Of a stretch of 64,000 nucleotides of DNA, positions 40,944 through 55,156 are shown one piece after another. Each line of letters begins with the position of its first letter. The stretch's first letter is position 1. The stretch comes from Octopus vulgaris (Eukaryota), in the NCBI GenBank assembly GCA_951406725.2, contig OX597832.1, forward strand, positions 67,208,001-67,272,000, given 5' to 3'. Below the pieces are notes generated by a model. The model was not told the DNA's origin and ran no database searches. It worked only from the letters and a program-made list of their open reading frames with translations. A program made the translations under genes and the position numbers.

Positions 40944-43900
40944 CATGTGTATGTATGTATATATATATATATACATATACCTATGTATATATATTATGTA
41001 TATATATGTATATATATATATACATATACCTATGTATATATATTACTTGTGTGTATACACATACAGATATAAAAAGTTATAAATATGATATAAATGAGAA
41101 TATGGGATAAATATAGAGCTCAGGAAGATAAGAAGATGAAACTTGATTACGTCATTGAAATTATTTTCGCAACTTTGTAGACATAAACAGAAAGGCAGAC
41201 AAAGGATAACAGGTGTCAGAAATGTATTTAAATGAAAAGTTGCGAATGGAGTTTACGCGGACGCACACATGCATTTACGCATATATAGTTATACGCACAC
41301 AAACAATCACGCGCGCGCACACAAGCACACACACGTATGTATATGTATGTGTGTGTGTTTGGGGGATGTAAGTGTGCGTGTATGCATGTTTGTGTGTTTG
41401 CATGTTTGTGTATCTGTATGTAGGCAATTATGTACATGAATGTAACTTTGTAAGTATAAATGCTTGAATTCTTCTACACGTTTCAGCCCTAAGGCTCTGG
41501 CCATACTGGGTCATTGCCAGTGCAATCAGCTTTTCAATGAATAATCGTATGCGATTGACTTTCGGTGGTGGCTAGAGTTCTACTCTGTTGCCCTCCTTTG
41601 AGAATATATCTAAGAAATTAAAATGATAATTGAAACTTTCATTAATACAATAAAAGACGGGAGAAGAATTTTAATGACGTTGACAAGAGCAATCTGAAAC
41701 GAAATGCATTTGATAAAAGCCCATTTTCGTCTCACTGATCTATAGAATTTAAACTGCAGACAGATTACTCTAACATTGTTGCTACTGCACGCAATACTTG
41801 ACAGTTTGGAGATGATGCATAAAAATGAATGGCAAATATTACGTCTATGTACCTCCAATAACAAATACAATGCTACAACAAAGATTAAGTTTTAATGCTC
41901 AATGTTGGAGAAAGCAAATTTGAGGTGGTACGTAAACTTTTGTTATGGTAATGTCCTCGTGACAAATACTTGAGAAGGTTTTACTTTGTTTATTTCAATG
42001 AAATCGTGCAAAATATTGGGTCAAAGCTGGAAAAGCTACAAACTGTTTTGGACGATGATACACAGTGGCGATCTTCTTTTCCATTTTTTTTTTTGAGGGA
42101 CTGATAAATGACAACTTCAACAAGAATAACCATGATAAAAGGAATTCATGTTATAACATATAACAGACCGTTATTTTTAAAGGTATATAGCAGTAAATTA
42201 GATATCTGCCCTTTGAATTTTATAAGGCAGAGTGTGATTTGAAGGAGATTAACTAATCTTTTTCGCACATGAAGTAACTACTAAGAGGTACTGTCATTGA
42301 TTGTTGTCATATTTCGTTCTCCACAGTGAATGCGAGCTTTAAGCTGGATACAAACATAGATCTATTACGTTTAATCTATAATATTGATTTCTAACATAGA
42401 TACAAGTATAGTGAAAGAATATAGTAAATTCTATTGATTCCTGTACTTGACTAGTATATTTTATCGACTCCGGAAGGATAAGCGGCAAAGTTGACGCCGA
42501 TGAGGTTTGAACTTCTGAGGTAAAAGGCCGAACATAATAACACGTGTTGACAATCTATCAGAATCAATAATACTATATATTCTTTGAATATGTAGATATG
42601 TATTTGTTTTATATAAATTATTATTAGTAATATTGACTAGAAAGGGTAATGCTTCTTAAGACTACATTGGCATATATACCGGTCGTAAGTTATGCTCTAT
42701 CAAAATATGTAAAAATAGAAAAGATTTGTGGAACGTATGATGTTAAAGTTTATTTTAAAAATATGTAACAAAGAAAAAGGGGAAACCTAATAAAAGATAT
42801 ACTGTTTTACGAACCATTATACATATGAAGGTGGTGGACGGCAGAGATGGCAGGGCAGAGAACAAATTAACGAGTCATAGTTGGCTTTCTACAATTCTGT
42901 TCTGATTTGAAATCTTTTTCAAAGTGAATTCCATTTTGCGTTCATACGCTCTGTGTCACTTTGTAAGTAGAGAACTGTGCATTTACATGTCTTTCTCTTT
43001 CTCTCCAGTTAAACTCAAACACACAAGAGCTAATATAAACATGCGTGTGTTTGTGTGTAAATGCATTTATACATTCGTTCGTCTATCTGTTAATGTGTGT
43101 GTGTGTGTGTGTAACAGTTTCTAGGGATCACTTAGTTCGTTGTTAATACCTCATTAGCATACCGCATAGAACTGACTAGTTTAGAAAACTCAAAGGAATA
43201 TTAATCGATGAATAAATTTATTAACATTTATTAATCAACGTATAAAATTCAATTCTTTATTGTATATTTTCTTATATATTTGTGTCTAATATTAGCAGGC
43301 ATTTCAGTGAAAAGAAATGAAATGCTTCTAACTTTTCCCTTTGTACCAAACTGTAAAGTAACTGAATTTAGAACACAATAAAAGCTGAGCTATGAGAAAG
43401 TTATAGCTCACGTAGGAATGTCATAAAACGCCACCAAACGACGTGAGTTCGTACTTAGCAATGTTTGGACCAATATTTAGGCTTTGTTTCTTTTATATCA
43501 CTAGCAATAGGTCATAGGTAACGGAGGTGAATTATTGATTTTCGACTGATCTTAATGATTAATTGAATTATCAGTAAACACCGATTATATTTAGCAATGT
43601 GTTAATTCCAATAGCAATATTAATAAGTTGAAGTGGAGAAATTTGCAGAAAATTTCACTCAGGTAATCAAATAAGATAGTGGCTTAATCAGCTCGATAGC
43701 AGTTAATTATCATTTGTAACGACGACCTAGTATACAAGCCCTAATTACATTAATAACATAATTTATATTCTGTCACATTTTTACTTCAATTACCCCATCG
43801 CTGATTAAAGAGCAACATTTATTCGCAGGTGTGCACGTAAGCACATTCGGGCATACTTGCACTCAGTCTTACATAGCGATAAACACACATTCACATACAT

Positions 43901-44067
43901 ATATATGCATGCTTGTGTAAATGAATGAAACTTATGAACGATTTTTTGTTCTTGTTGTTACTGTGTGCATGTGAATACATTCGTACACACACATAAATGT
44001 ATGTGTGTGCGTATTTCTGACTGTATATATAAGGATACACAGACTGTATACATAAGGATACATAGAT

Positions 44068-44107
<40 letters not shown>

Positions 44108-44984
44108 ATCTAGACACACATACATATTATTATATGAATATACGTTTATGCATACATACATGCATTGCTGTAACGGAAAGGACTGGAGTATTAAAACTAT
44201 ACGATTCATTCTTACCAACACATAAAGAGACATATTGTATCTTACGAAACGTCTCTTTTTCGGATTGGTTCGATGTGTTACCAACCAAGTACCCTCTCCT
44301 TTTCTTCACACGTATATATTTTTGTCAACTTAAATACGTCCTTTTTTAAAATTTTCCTATCTTAATTTAATTATAGACCTAATAATACGATTAAATTAAT
44401 TTTTGCAAAATGATTTTGAATTTTTCTGTTTCTTTTTTCTTTTTTCCTCTTTTGCTCCTCACAATCTCATGGTTTATAATGTCAAAGCTTTTATTATGTT
44501 GTCATGGAATTTATCTCAACACATAGCTTATCTGTAACATTTCTGACATTCTTCAGCACCAGAATTTGATATGATTAGTAATATCTTTTATTTTCATTTT
44601 AAATTTAATTTTATTAGCTTTCTCCAAAATTTCATTTCGCTAGCTATCTCGAAAATTTTTGAACATTTCCTTCAAAACGTACTGTATTTTGAAGAAGAAT
44701 AACAAACGCGGTAATGACTATACTTAGCAAATAAAATCAATAAAATGGTTCTAATTGATATTAGTACTTGCGTAAAGTGGGTCGCTTCAGTGAAAAGACA
44801 TGAAATTTTGGATCACTGTCAACAGTCAACAAAATAAAAACAAAAGCATATGCTCATTCAAAAGTATGTCCCTCTGTATGTGTGTGTCTTTGCTGTACTA
44901 CTTATGAGTGTGTATATAAGATATGCCGATGATATTGTATTATTAACGAAAAATTATCAAAAATTGCTGATATTATAAAAGAAC

Positions 44985-45170
44985 AAATTGGCAAGAAACT
45001 CCTAATTACGAATGTAAAAACAAACAATAGACAATGGTTATTAGTACGACAGACTATATGGAAGCAAATATCAAGGTAGCAGGACAGAAACATGTACAAG
45101 GAAACATCTTTAAGCTTTTAGGACAAATAATACGCAAGGAAGGTTGCTGTCTGGAAGAAATTTCTCAAGC
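44985..45170 (+). pseudogene. RTE-like LINE RT C-terminal fragment
   Basis: 'MVISTT..ANIKVAGQ..FKLLGQIIRKEGCCLEEI' resembles 'K.M....F.YLGS.I..DG....EI'. Confidence 0.5.
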
Positions 45171-45279
45171 GAATGTAAAATATCTTCACCTCAAAGATAT
45201 ATCACTTCCATCGAAACTGAGTCCTGTTAATTGTTCTATTATGCTAATTATCCTCCACAGAAATGGCATTTCGCCGTTT

Positions 45280-45552
45280 ACGGTATGAGCTTTCCAGTTG
45301 ATGCGATCAACAGCATACCCTGATCATGAGATTAACGTACAAGTGCCTGAGATCTCCGCGAACTTGCTTAAGGAGATGCAGCGTGACACATGTGGACCTT
45401 TGAATTACTGGTACAACTCATTTTATGCAAGCTGAGTGGACTGAAGCATTGTGAAATAACGTCTGTTGATCAAAGACAAATTACACCGCTGGGAAACAAA
45501 ACTCATGACCTTACGACCGTGAACCCAATACTTAACCACTAGACACATGTCT
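45280..45552 (-). mobile_element. SINE family B, degraded
   Basis: Reverse complement similar to 8825-9141. Confidence 0.7.
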
Positions 45553-45991
45553 TTACACTCTACAGAACAAAGTCGTGCAAAATTTACGGAGGGATGTAAA
45601 AGATGTGTTTGAGATGTAAACCTTTCGAAGACTGAGCAGAATGAAGTGATGAGAAAACAAATGGTGTAGTTAGAGGACATCCGAAGAACCTTTTGCCGAG
45701 AATCAAATCTGCAAATATATCATATAAGTTTGTCATGAATCATTATCGAAGACCATATTACGGCAAGTGGGGGGGGGGATCAAAAACCTCTATAGACTGA
45801 AGAATGGATGATAAGTCTGGCTCCTTGTATGTATGCTGCGAAACGCAAAGGGTAATGAAGAATCTTAGCATGTCGACTACACAGGAAGGTCCAACCAAAG
45901 GCTTGTGAGTGGATCTGGTAGGTGGAAATTTACAGAAATCTCCCATATGTATGTATGTATGTCTGTCTATCTGTCTATGTGTCTATCTATC

Positions 45992-46022
<31 letters not shown>

Positions 46023-46055
46023 AATCTATATATCAATCTATGTATATATATATAC

Positions 46056-46120
<65 letters not shown>

Positions 46121-46259
46121 GGTAGTTCAATGAATTATCTTGTTAAGGATAATTCGGTTAACCGATACCTGGGTACCAAATTCACATCAGGGAAGACACG
46201 TTTGAAGTTACGTGCTTTCGTGTGGAAATTTGAATGTTTTTTTTAAATATAAATATATT

Positions 46260-47119
46260 AAAGAATGGAGTTGAACGACGAATTAACAAAATTCCTTTAT
46301 TTTCGACTTATGTTTCGAAGGCTGCATATTCCTAATTGGGAAGGAATAAGGAGTATATATGAATAATGATTAATATAGATAGCCCCTTGAATTTTATTTA
46401 TTTAATAAAATTCTTTTTTTATATATTTCACCCCCATAGTCAAAAAATTATTTTTATACTTTCAAAGAACTGCTACCCAAGCCAGTGAGGTATGTGTTAC
46501 CTTTGTCCCTATACCTCGCCCTCCTCTTTCTCTCTCTTTCTCTCTCTCTCTTTCTCTCTCTCTCTCTTTCCCTCTATCTATAGTAAGCACAATCATACAA
46601 ACAGACACAAACCGTTCACCTTACCACTGTCTCATTTCTGACACCCACCCATCCACAAACACAATCACACACACAGATACACACACACACACACACACAC
46701 ACACATTAATGCCGTTATATATAGTCACACACACAGACACTCATTAACAAAAGAAAATTCACCATTCATTTGAACTGCACCCTTTCACCTTCCTATTCTT
46801 ATGCCTCTCTTCTACTTCGTTTGAACCCTTGAACCTTTAGAACATTCTAGAATCTTCTACATCCAACCATTTTGACGTCACTCCTTATAAAGGAATTTTT
46901 TTATAGAGACACTCATTATCACTATGGGCTCCGTGTGAGCAGTCATCTAAAAGTTTTTTGTGCATCTTGATGTTGACATAAGTTCCTTGCTTTTCCTGAT
47001 GAGAAAGCGGCATAATATACTCCTTATTCCTTCGCAATTACGAATATGCAGCCTTCGAAACATATGTCGAAAATAAAGGAATTTTGTTAATTCGTCGTTC
47101 AACTCCATTCTTTCATATA

Positions 47120-47125
<6 letters not shown>
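46260..47125. repeat. Inverted repeat (46260-46357 vs 47016-47113) of an HHR cassette
   Basis: 'aagaatggagttgaacgacgaattaacaaaattccttt..ggaataaggagtata' and its reverse complement. The left copy lacks the CUGAUGA half. Confidence 0.9.
46983..47081 (+). ncRNA. Type I hammerhead ribozyme
   Basis: ttcctt..ttttc-CTGATGA-gaaagc.gcata...tatgc.gccttc-GAAA-catatg-TC-gaaaa..aaggaa. Confidence 0.85.
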
Positions 47126-47208
<83 letters not shown>

Positions 47209-47474
47209 TTGGAAATGGATACGTGACATTCAATTAAATAATAATATAAATAATATGTATATACATATATATGTACACACACACACACACACATATATAT
47301 ATAATAAATAATATTAGGTTAATAAGAATTATAGAAATTATTATTACCAGTTGCCTAGCACAAAAACAAATAGTCAATAGAATATATATTATTCACATAA
47401 AAATATCGTGTACATTAGAACACATTAAGAGGCTTTCCTATGATGGAAGCCTCTAACGTGTTCCAATGTACACG

Positions 47475-47560
<86 letters not shown>

Positions 47561-47779
47561 GTATGTATGTATATTCACATGCACATTTGGGTACAGGACG
47601 TCACCAACTGTGTAAACAATATGAAGTACGAAAACGAATGAGTTAAATACGCAAACAACAAGACAAAAAGTGGAAAACATGACAATACAGAGAACGACGC
47701 TTCATAGTTGTCGGGTATCTATCTACTTCTATCTGTGACAACGTAGGGCTTCTAATATGTGTGTGCGTAAGTGTGTGTG

Positions 47780-48215
47780 TGTGTGGTCAGTAGCTTGCTA
47801 CCAAGCACTGGCTCTGGCTGGGTTCACTCCCACTGCGTAGTATCTTGGACATGTGTCTTTCATCTATTGCCTCAGTCCGACCAAAGCCTTGTGAGTGGAA
47901 TTGTAGACGGAAACTGCAAGGAGACCGTTGTATGTATATGTGTGTGTTTGTGTGTGTGTATGTGTGTGCGTGCGTGCGCGCGTGCGTGCGTATGTGTGTG
48001 TGTGTGTGTGTTTGTATGTCTATGCTTGCCTCCTCACCATTGCGTGATAGCCGATATTGGTGTGTTTACACCCCCAAAACTTAGCGGTTCCGCAAAAAAC
48101 ACCGATAGAATAAGTACTAGTCTTAGAAAGAATAAATCCTGGGGTCGATGTGTTCGACTAGAGGTGATGCCAGCATGGGCGCAGTCAAATGACTGAAAGA
48201 AATATAAGAATAAAA
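47780..48215 (+). mobile_element. SINE family A, near full length with internal (TG)n
   Basis: Head, internal microsatellite and tail 'gatagaataagtactag..cctggggtcga..gcagtcaaatgactgaaa'. Confidence 0.8.
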
Positions 48216-49329
48216 GAATAACAGTATATACACACATGCGTAGATATGGGTCTGGCCACATATGTCATGTACTAAGTTAAAATAATAAAGGTAAAAGTAA
48301 AACCTCTGAAATGGTAAGATTTGAAAGTAAAAAGGAAGACGGATGTGTATACATTCGTTGACATGATCACATATACAGACGTATACACAGTCACACACAC
48401 ATACCCGATCGTGCTGTCAACGGATAATCATTTAATATAGTCATAAACAACCAAGATGTTCGCAGATAAATGGTATCTGGCTCCCTGTTGCCTAGCAGAT
48501 TTTAGAATCCGTTACGGATGACTGAGCACATTATGGATGGTGGAGGTGGTTTGACAGACACAATCCCACATACACAGGCATTTGTATATATACATAGACG
48601 CACACGTATACATATCACCGTATGAATATGTGTGTGTATGTATGACATCCATTTATCTCTGTTCATCTATATATATCTATAAACACAAAGGGGCCTACAA
48701 GTAAATACCTATCTTCCAGGTGCGTAGGTGCACCATATGGAGTCTATCTAAATATTTACTCTCCCGCTTACGTACCCGTAGAGATACATTTATACGTGCT
48801 TGTACACAGCTGCGTTTCCGCAATAGCATATGTCAGTGACACACACACTCAATCCTATGCTTATATAAATAAACAGACAATAATCACAACGCATATTAAA
48901 TAAAATGGAATTTTAAAGATGTACATACATCTAGAGGAACAGTGCATGATTGCACTTATAACATTCACAGTCACAACATACAACCAGCAACATATAGCAT
49001 ATTATATATATCATACCGTTGTAGGGACTTACCGGTTTTTTATGATTAAGTTGGTATACTTTTTCGTCACTTGAAACTTAATTCAGAGGGACAAAACCAC
49101 ATGTATTCAGGGCAGTGTACAATCAATATCAGTTTTCAATTTACACGGCCCAGCAGGTTATCCTGTGGTTCCACGATAGTCTTGCAGGCTGTATCCACTT
49201 CATTGGGAATGGGGAAGCTTAGATTACCTAACTGTTGCGTTTTCTATAATTAATGTGTAATCTTTATACACTGTTTCTACCGTACTGCGCAAATGTATTC
49301 TTGGTTGTGCAATCACCTCACCAATCTGT

Positions 49330-49700
49330 CAGAAAATCTATTGATAAAGCTATCTTGGTCAACAGTATGGACAACAACTCCTCGGAACATAGTTGGCATT
49401 TCCTGGAAAAGGAGTTGTATGGATTCACATGTCTTACTATTGACTTTATGAAGTCTTATTTAACCTTCTCGCCTTTGAGTCTTGGGACGAAATCGGCCAG
49501 TGATGTTGAGTGTCGCCTGTAGTTGACGTTTTTTAAGCTGACGATGTGGTTTCTATACTTATTTTTCAAAATATCGGTAGATGCGCCGATACACACATAC
49601 ATGCCTCCTTTGGTGTTCATCGTGCATTTATATATTACATTCCGACTGGTGCAGAGGTTCTGCAGAGGACATGAGATTTGGTATCGACTGTAACTTTTCT
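49330..49700 (-). pseudogene. Naiad-like PLE GIY-YIG endonuclease relic
   Basis: 'SCPLQNLCTSRNVIYKCTM..MYVCIGAST..KNKYRNHIVSL..HSTSLADFV.RLK..NPYNSFSRKCQLCSEE'. Internal stop present. Confidence 0.75.
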
Positions 49701-49875
49701 GTGTACACTGCCCGTGGCTTTCGCACCTGCTTTAGACATACTTTTACAGGTAGCCCGCTTGATTACATATATAAACACACACATACATACACACTAGCAA
49801 TGCAGTCCAGAGTTGCCCATGTGTTATGACCTACAGATACATTGCATTATTTATTTATTTCTTATGGGCAACACT

Positions 49876-50027
49876 GCAGTTTCCGTCTACCAAATTTCTT
49901 CACAAATTTGAGGTTGGGCTAGGGCTATATTGGAAAATACTTGTCCAATATACCATGCAGAAGGACTGAACGTAGAACCATGTGGTTGTGAAGTAAATTT
50001 CTGAACCACGCAGTCATCCTTGCACCT
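49876..50027 (-). mobile_element. SINE family A head
   Basis: 'cagtttccgtctaccaaat..acttgtccaa..gaaccatgtggttg'. Confidence 0.7.
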
Positions 50028-50328
50028 AATATGTGTGTGTGTTTACATTTGTTGTTAAATAAAGTATTGATAAAGATCGTTCAGGCAAAGTTGCCTTCCT
50101 TAGCTAATGACCTCAAAATTGTGCGACTCGACCTCGTTTTCCAGGTTATTTCTGTGTAGTAAAAAAGAGTTGTGCAAAAAACATAGTTTATTTGGTAGCC
50201 GAAAGATTATTGAATCTTAGATAATTCATACGTCAAAATCGGCAACTCAGATTTCGAATCCATTACGATCTTATGCATGCGCACACACATACACACACAC
50301 TCACACACAAACGAAAAACATACTCTGT

Positions 50329-50359
<31 letters not shown>

Positions 50360-50364
50360 ATATG

Positions 50365-50403
<39 letters not shown>

Positions 50404-50406
50404 GTA

Positions 50407-50789
50407 TCTCTCTCTATATAAACGGCAGTTTGTCTGTGCGTGTTTCTGTGTGTCTGTTTTCTCGTACCCTCACCCTGACCACGGCTTTCAACCGATTCTG
50501 ATGAAACTTGACACACACATAGCCCAATGTCATAATTCAAAACTAACGCAGCGAAAATTTTGAAAAGTTCCCCCAGTTCTGAAAAAAATCGATAAATTCG
50601 ACATGGGGTCGAGAATCAGAAACACAAACTGCAAACTGTCTAGGTGACGCAACTCCACCTTTTTTAACTAAAAAAAAAATTTACCATCATTTTTTTTCCA
50701 TTTTTTTGCTATTTTTTGGCTATAACTCTCTAAAAATGCTTTATAGTTATTTCCCTTACAAACCTGAGCAACGCCGGGCGATACTGCTA

Positions 50790-50790
<1 letters not shown>
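50407..50790 (+). mobile_element. Non-autonomous Helitron-like element
   Basis: 5' A|TC start, subterminal GC-rich hairpin 'cctgagcaacgccggg', 3' CTAG|T end, and internal 'accgattctgatgaaact' motif common in short Helitrons. Confidence 0.7.
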
Positions 50791-50830
<40 letters not shown>

Positions 50831-50918
50831 TATAACGATCTATATAATAAATTAATTTTACTCTGCTATGTATTGAGTACCTTATTTATTGTGGTTAACC
50901 CCGAATCAACCCGGGACC

Positions 50919-51012
<94 letters not shown>

Positions 51013-51054
51013 TTGCTGTTGTCCGTTACTTCTTGTGTCCATGCCCAGGTCAAA

Positions 51055-51276
51055 AGGGTCGGTTGTCTGGTTTCGTTGGCGTATAGTTTCCCCACCTGGA
51101 CGGGACACCGATGCATCGCTGGCGAGCTGCTAGATGCAGGAGGAAAGACTGAGAGAAAGTTGTGGGGAAAGAGTCAGCAGAGTTCGCCATCACCTTCTGC
51201 TGGAGCCGCGTGAGATTCGTACCCAGGATGCCTCGACTGCGAGTCCGCTGGTACAGCCACTAGGCCATGTACCTCC
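51055..51276 (-). mobile_element. tRNA-derived SINE (D-like head)
   Basis: Reverse complement reads 'gaggtacatggcctagtggctgtaccagcggactcgcagtcgagg..gggtacgaatc'. Confidence 0.6.
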
Positions 51277-52009
51277 CCTCTCCCCCTCATTCTCCCCCTC
51301 TCTCTCTCTCTCTGACACACACACACACACACACGCACACAAACACACACTCTTGAATGAAGATAATGCAATAGAAGAGTTTCTGATAAATACATAGAAG
51401 AAACTAGGTCAGAAATTTCAGTGTAATTCTATGAATTATACATTCCATAACATACTTCATATTGCTTATTTTAAGAGGTGAAATATTTTAAAGGTGTTTC
51501 ACACATTTCTCATCTGCTGCTAACATGAAAATTGGTGAAAAAAGTAAATATTACAAATTGCTAAAAACTGTCTTATAACGGAAAATTCAAAGCAATTATC
51601 TAGTGTCGGAATTATTTAAGAGAATTTCAAAGTGGTGTTACAAAATATTTTTATATGGTTAAAAATACAGGGAAAATCAGAATATGACGAGATAAACGTC
51701 TCAAAGAAGCCGTATATCCGGTAAAATATCGTTTTATAAAAGATATCGTTCCTTGGGGCAAGGTATCAAACTTAAGCATAAATTCAGCAGACAATATTTA
51801 TATGTATGTACATGTATACATACATACATACATACATACATACATACATACATACATACAAATGTGCATGCATGCATACATACAAAAAAAAACAGTTCAT
51901 GCTACTGGTAAAACATTAATAAATAATGAACTTCAATACTACACGCAAGTCATTTTGCTTCAAATAATTTCTAGATCACATCCGGGCTATGGTTCCTTAA
52001 ATATTGCTT

Positions 52010-52210
52010 TTAAATTCTGGCACAAGGCCAGCAATTTCCGGTGAAGTATTAAGCCGATTATATCATCCCCTGTGCTCAATTGGTACTCATTTTACTGAAC
52101 CCCAAATCATAAATGGTGGAATTTGAACACAGAAAGAAAGACCGACGAAGTGCTGCGAAGCATAAGCATTTTGTATGGTGGGCTCACGATTCTCCCAACT
52201 CGACGCCTTA
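52010..52210 (-). mobile_element. SINE family C
   Basis: 'ggcacaaggccagcaat..caattggtact..ggaatttgaac'. Confidence 0.65.
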
Positions 52211-52767
52211 GGATCACGAAATATCGAATAATTTTCTTCGATTTATAAATTATTGAATTCAAGAATGACAACAAATCCTAGTGAACGGTAAACCTTTTGC
52301 GTAATTAGAATCCTACCATTTAGTTGACTAGTTACCTTTGTGTAGCACATCAGTATATGCTCTGTAGAAAATGTTGCCATATATCATCTACTTTCACTCG
52401 GTCGAGTCAGATGTAGATTTAAAGCGGATGTACTCTATTATTAGATTCGCGTGTAACACTGATGAGGTAAAAACTCATTGTCTCACCTTGCTTGTCGAGT
52501 GTACCACCCATTAGGAATCAATGCTAGATGTGTCGAAACAATTGTCGCGATTAATAATATATTTACACATATTCCACCTTCTGTCTTTCATTTACTATAT
52601 ACATAAAGATCGCTGTGAAAGTGAATGTGCTTTACCAGTAAGCCACCAGGTGTCATCCAATTGTGTTATTACACTCACACGCACACACACGCACATATAT
52701 ATATATAGATAGATACATACATACACTCACCTATATACATATATACATATACATATATATATACATA

Positions 52768-52831
<64 letters not shown>

Positions 52832-52838
52832 GGTGTGC

Positions 52839-52880
<42 letters not shown>

Positions 52881-53481
52881 ATATACAAATGCATGCAGTC
52901 CGGTATTTCCAACTACGATCGATCCAAATTATAAAGACGTATAAAGACATTAACACGATAAATAATACTGATGAAAAAATTATTGAATAGGCATTCATAA
53001 AAATAGTACAATGAACGAAATAAAATTATTGATTATTTAGAGTAATATTTTCATCAAAACTCCTTATCAGAGTTATTGACCTGGAAATGATCAAAATTAC
53101 AAAAGTTAATAACTAAACCGTAATATCATTGATGATTATCTATTTCAGTTTTCCTTGTGATATCTTTGTGACATGATCCAATAAGAACTTGATTAAGAAT
53201 GCGAGTATATAAGTGTATTTTAATTATGAATGCCTTATAATGGTTGATGCTTTGTACGGTATTTCATTCTTTTAAGAATGTCCCGCATGATATAACGTTA
53301 TTTTTAAGGCTTTGTACGTAGAGTAGAAATAATAATAATAATAATAATAATAATGATGATGATGATGATGATGATAATGATGATAATAATAATAATAATA
53401 ATAATAACATAAATAATAATAATAATAATAGTTATAATAATAATAGTAATAATAATAATGATCATAATAATAATAGTAATG

Positions 53482-53618
<137 letters not shown>

Positions 53619-53719
53619 AATAATAATGATGATAAGAAGAAGAAGAATAAGAAGATAAAGAAAAGATGAAAAAGAAGAAGAAGGAGAAGAAAAACAAGAA
53701 GAATGAGGAAGAAAGAAAT

Positions 53720-54007
53720 GTCGATAGGTATGACAAGTTAGCTTGTGAGGTAAAGCATTTGTGGTCGATGAAAAGATGGTAGTGGTACCAATAAATGTCG
53801 GAGCCCTGGGAACAGTGAGTAAAAATCCCGAGAAATATATGAAGTAAAGACTGCAATAAGGATGGAGCACTTGCAGAAAACAGCACTACTTGGAACCGCT
53901 CGAAAACTCTGGAAGGTGCTCGAAAAATAAGATGTGTTACCTTAGTTCACTGATAGTGAACAGCTGACACCGTAGTACATCTCCAGCGTTAGAAGCTGTG
54001 CAAAAGC

Positions 54008-54008
<1 letters not shown>
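53720..54008 (+). mobile_element. R4/Dong-like 3' fragment, same family as 21690-22197
   Basis: 'tggagcacttgcagaaaacagcact..ggaaggtgctcgaaaaataaga..ttaccttagttcact..agaagctgtgcaaa' followed by (AAT)n. Confidence 0.85.
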
Positions 54009-54068
<60 letters not shown>

Positions 54069-54095
54069 TTAATAATAATGATGATGATGATGATG

Positions 54096-54167
<72 letters not shown>

Positions 54168-54171
<4 letters not shown>

Positions 54172-54383
54172 TTCAGACAAATACAAAACAAAAACACCAG
54201 GACTTACAAACACATATAACATACAGAGAATTGCACTACTAGGCACTGCACACATCCTACGCAGAACACTTTCCATACAATAACCATCAGAGCATCACAA
54301 CAAATCACAGCACATACCCAAGGCACACAGAGCTGCGCTCGGTAGTGAAGTGAAAGCACGCTACAAAAAATAAAACTGACTGA
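54168..54383 (+). mobile_element. Second R4/Dong-like family, extreme 3' end inside (AAT)n
   Basis: 'KYSDKYKTKTPGLTNTYNIQRIALLGTAHILRRTLSIQ*', then UTR and (AAT)n. Confidence 0.8.
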
Positions 54384-54807
54384 ATAATAATAATAATAAT
54401 AGAAAAATATGTCAGAGGAATCGGAATTGACATGAGAGTAGAGAAGGCCCCAAAGCTGTTCTGCTGGGGACTGATAGGATTCTGAGATTGGTACTTGGGT
54501 GTTGAATGTTTTCCACGATAATGAACATCCAATTATTAATACTTATAACTTCCAGAAAGAGACCCTGTGAGACTTCTCAACAGGCTGCTGTCTGTTGTCA
54601 CAGAATCAACCAGAGCAAACAAGACCGAGCGCTCTGGGAAGTAATACAACTACGACGACGACGATGACAATGACAAGAAACAACAACAACAACAACAACA
54701 ATAATGTACAAATGGAAAGAAAATGTCTAGTAGAGTATTTCCAGGGTAGCACACAAAAAATTCTAAAGGCAGTTAAGAAAGAGGTGATGCAAATTTAGAT
54801 TCATATT

Positions 54808-54965
54808 TGGCACAAGGCCAGTAATTTCGGGTGTGGGGGTAAATCGACCCCAGCGCTCAACTGTTACTTATTTAAATTCGACCTGGCTGAAGTTTGAACT
54901 CAGAACATCTCGACGGACGAAATACCACTGAGAATTTCGTCAAGCGCGCTAACGATTCTACGAGC
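54808..54965 (-). mobile_element. SINE family C
   Basis: 'tggcacaaggcc..aatcgaccccag..tttgaactcagaac..gacgaaatacc..gcgctaacgattct'. Confidence 0.7.
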
Positions 54966-54991
54966 ATGTTGACTAAATGATAATGATGATA

Positions 54992-55050
<59 letters not shown>

Positions 55051-55090
55051 GATGAGGATAATGATAGCAATGATGATAAACATGATAATG

Positions 55091-55156
<66 letters not shown>

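Noticed and set aside
46178-46235. Hairpin with GAAA and CTGATG on the minus strand
   Set aside because: Topology leaves no stem I and the core is incomplete.
50490-50512. 'ctgatgaaac' resembling a hammerhead core
   Set aside because: Part of the internal motif of the Helitron-like element, with no supporting stems.
52455-52505. CTGATGA-ggt...acc hammerhead candidate
   Set aside because: No GAAA box after the putative stem II.
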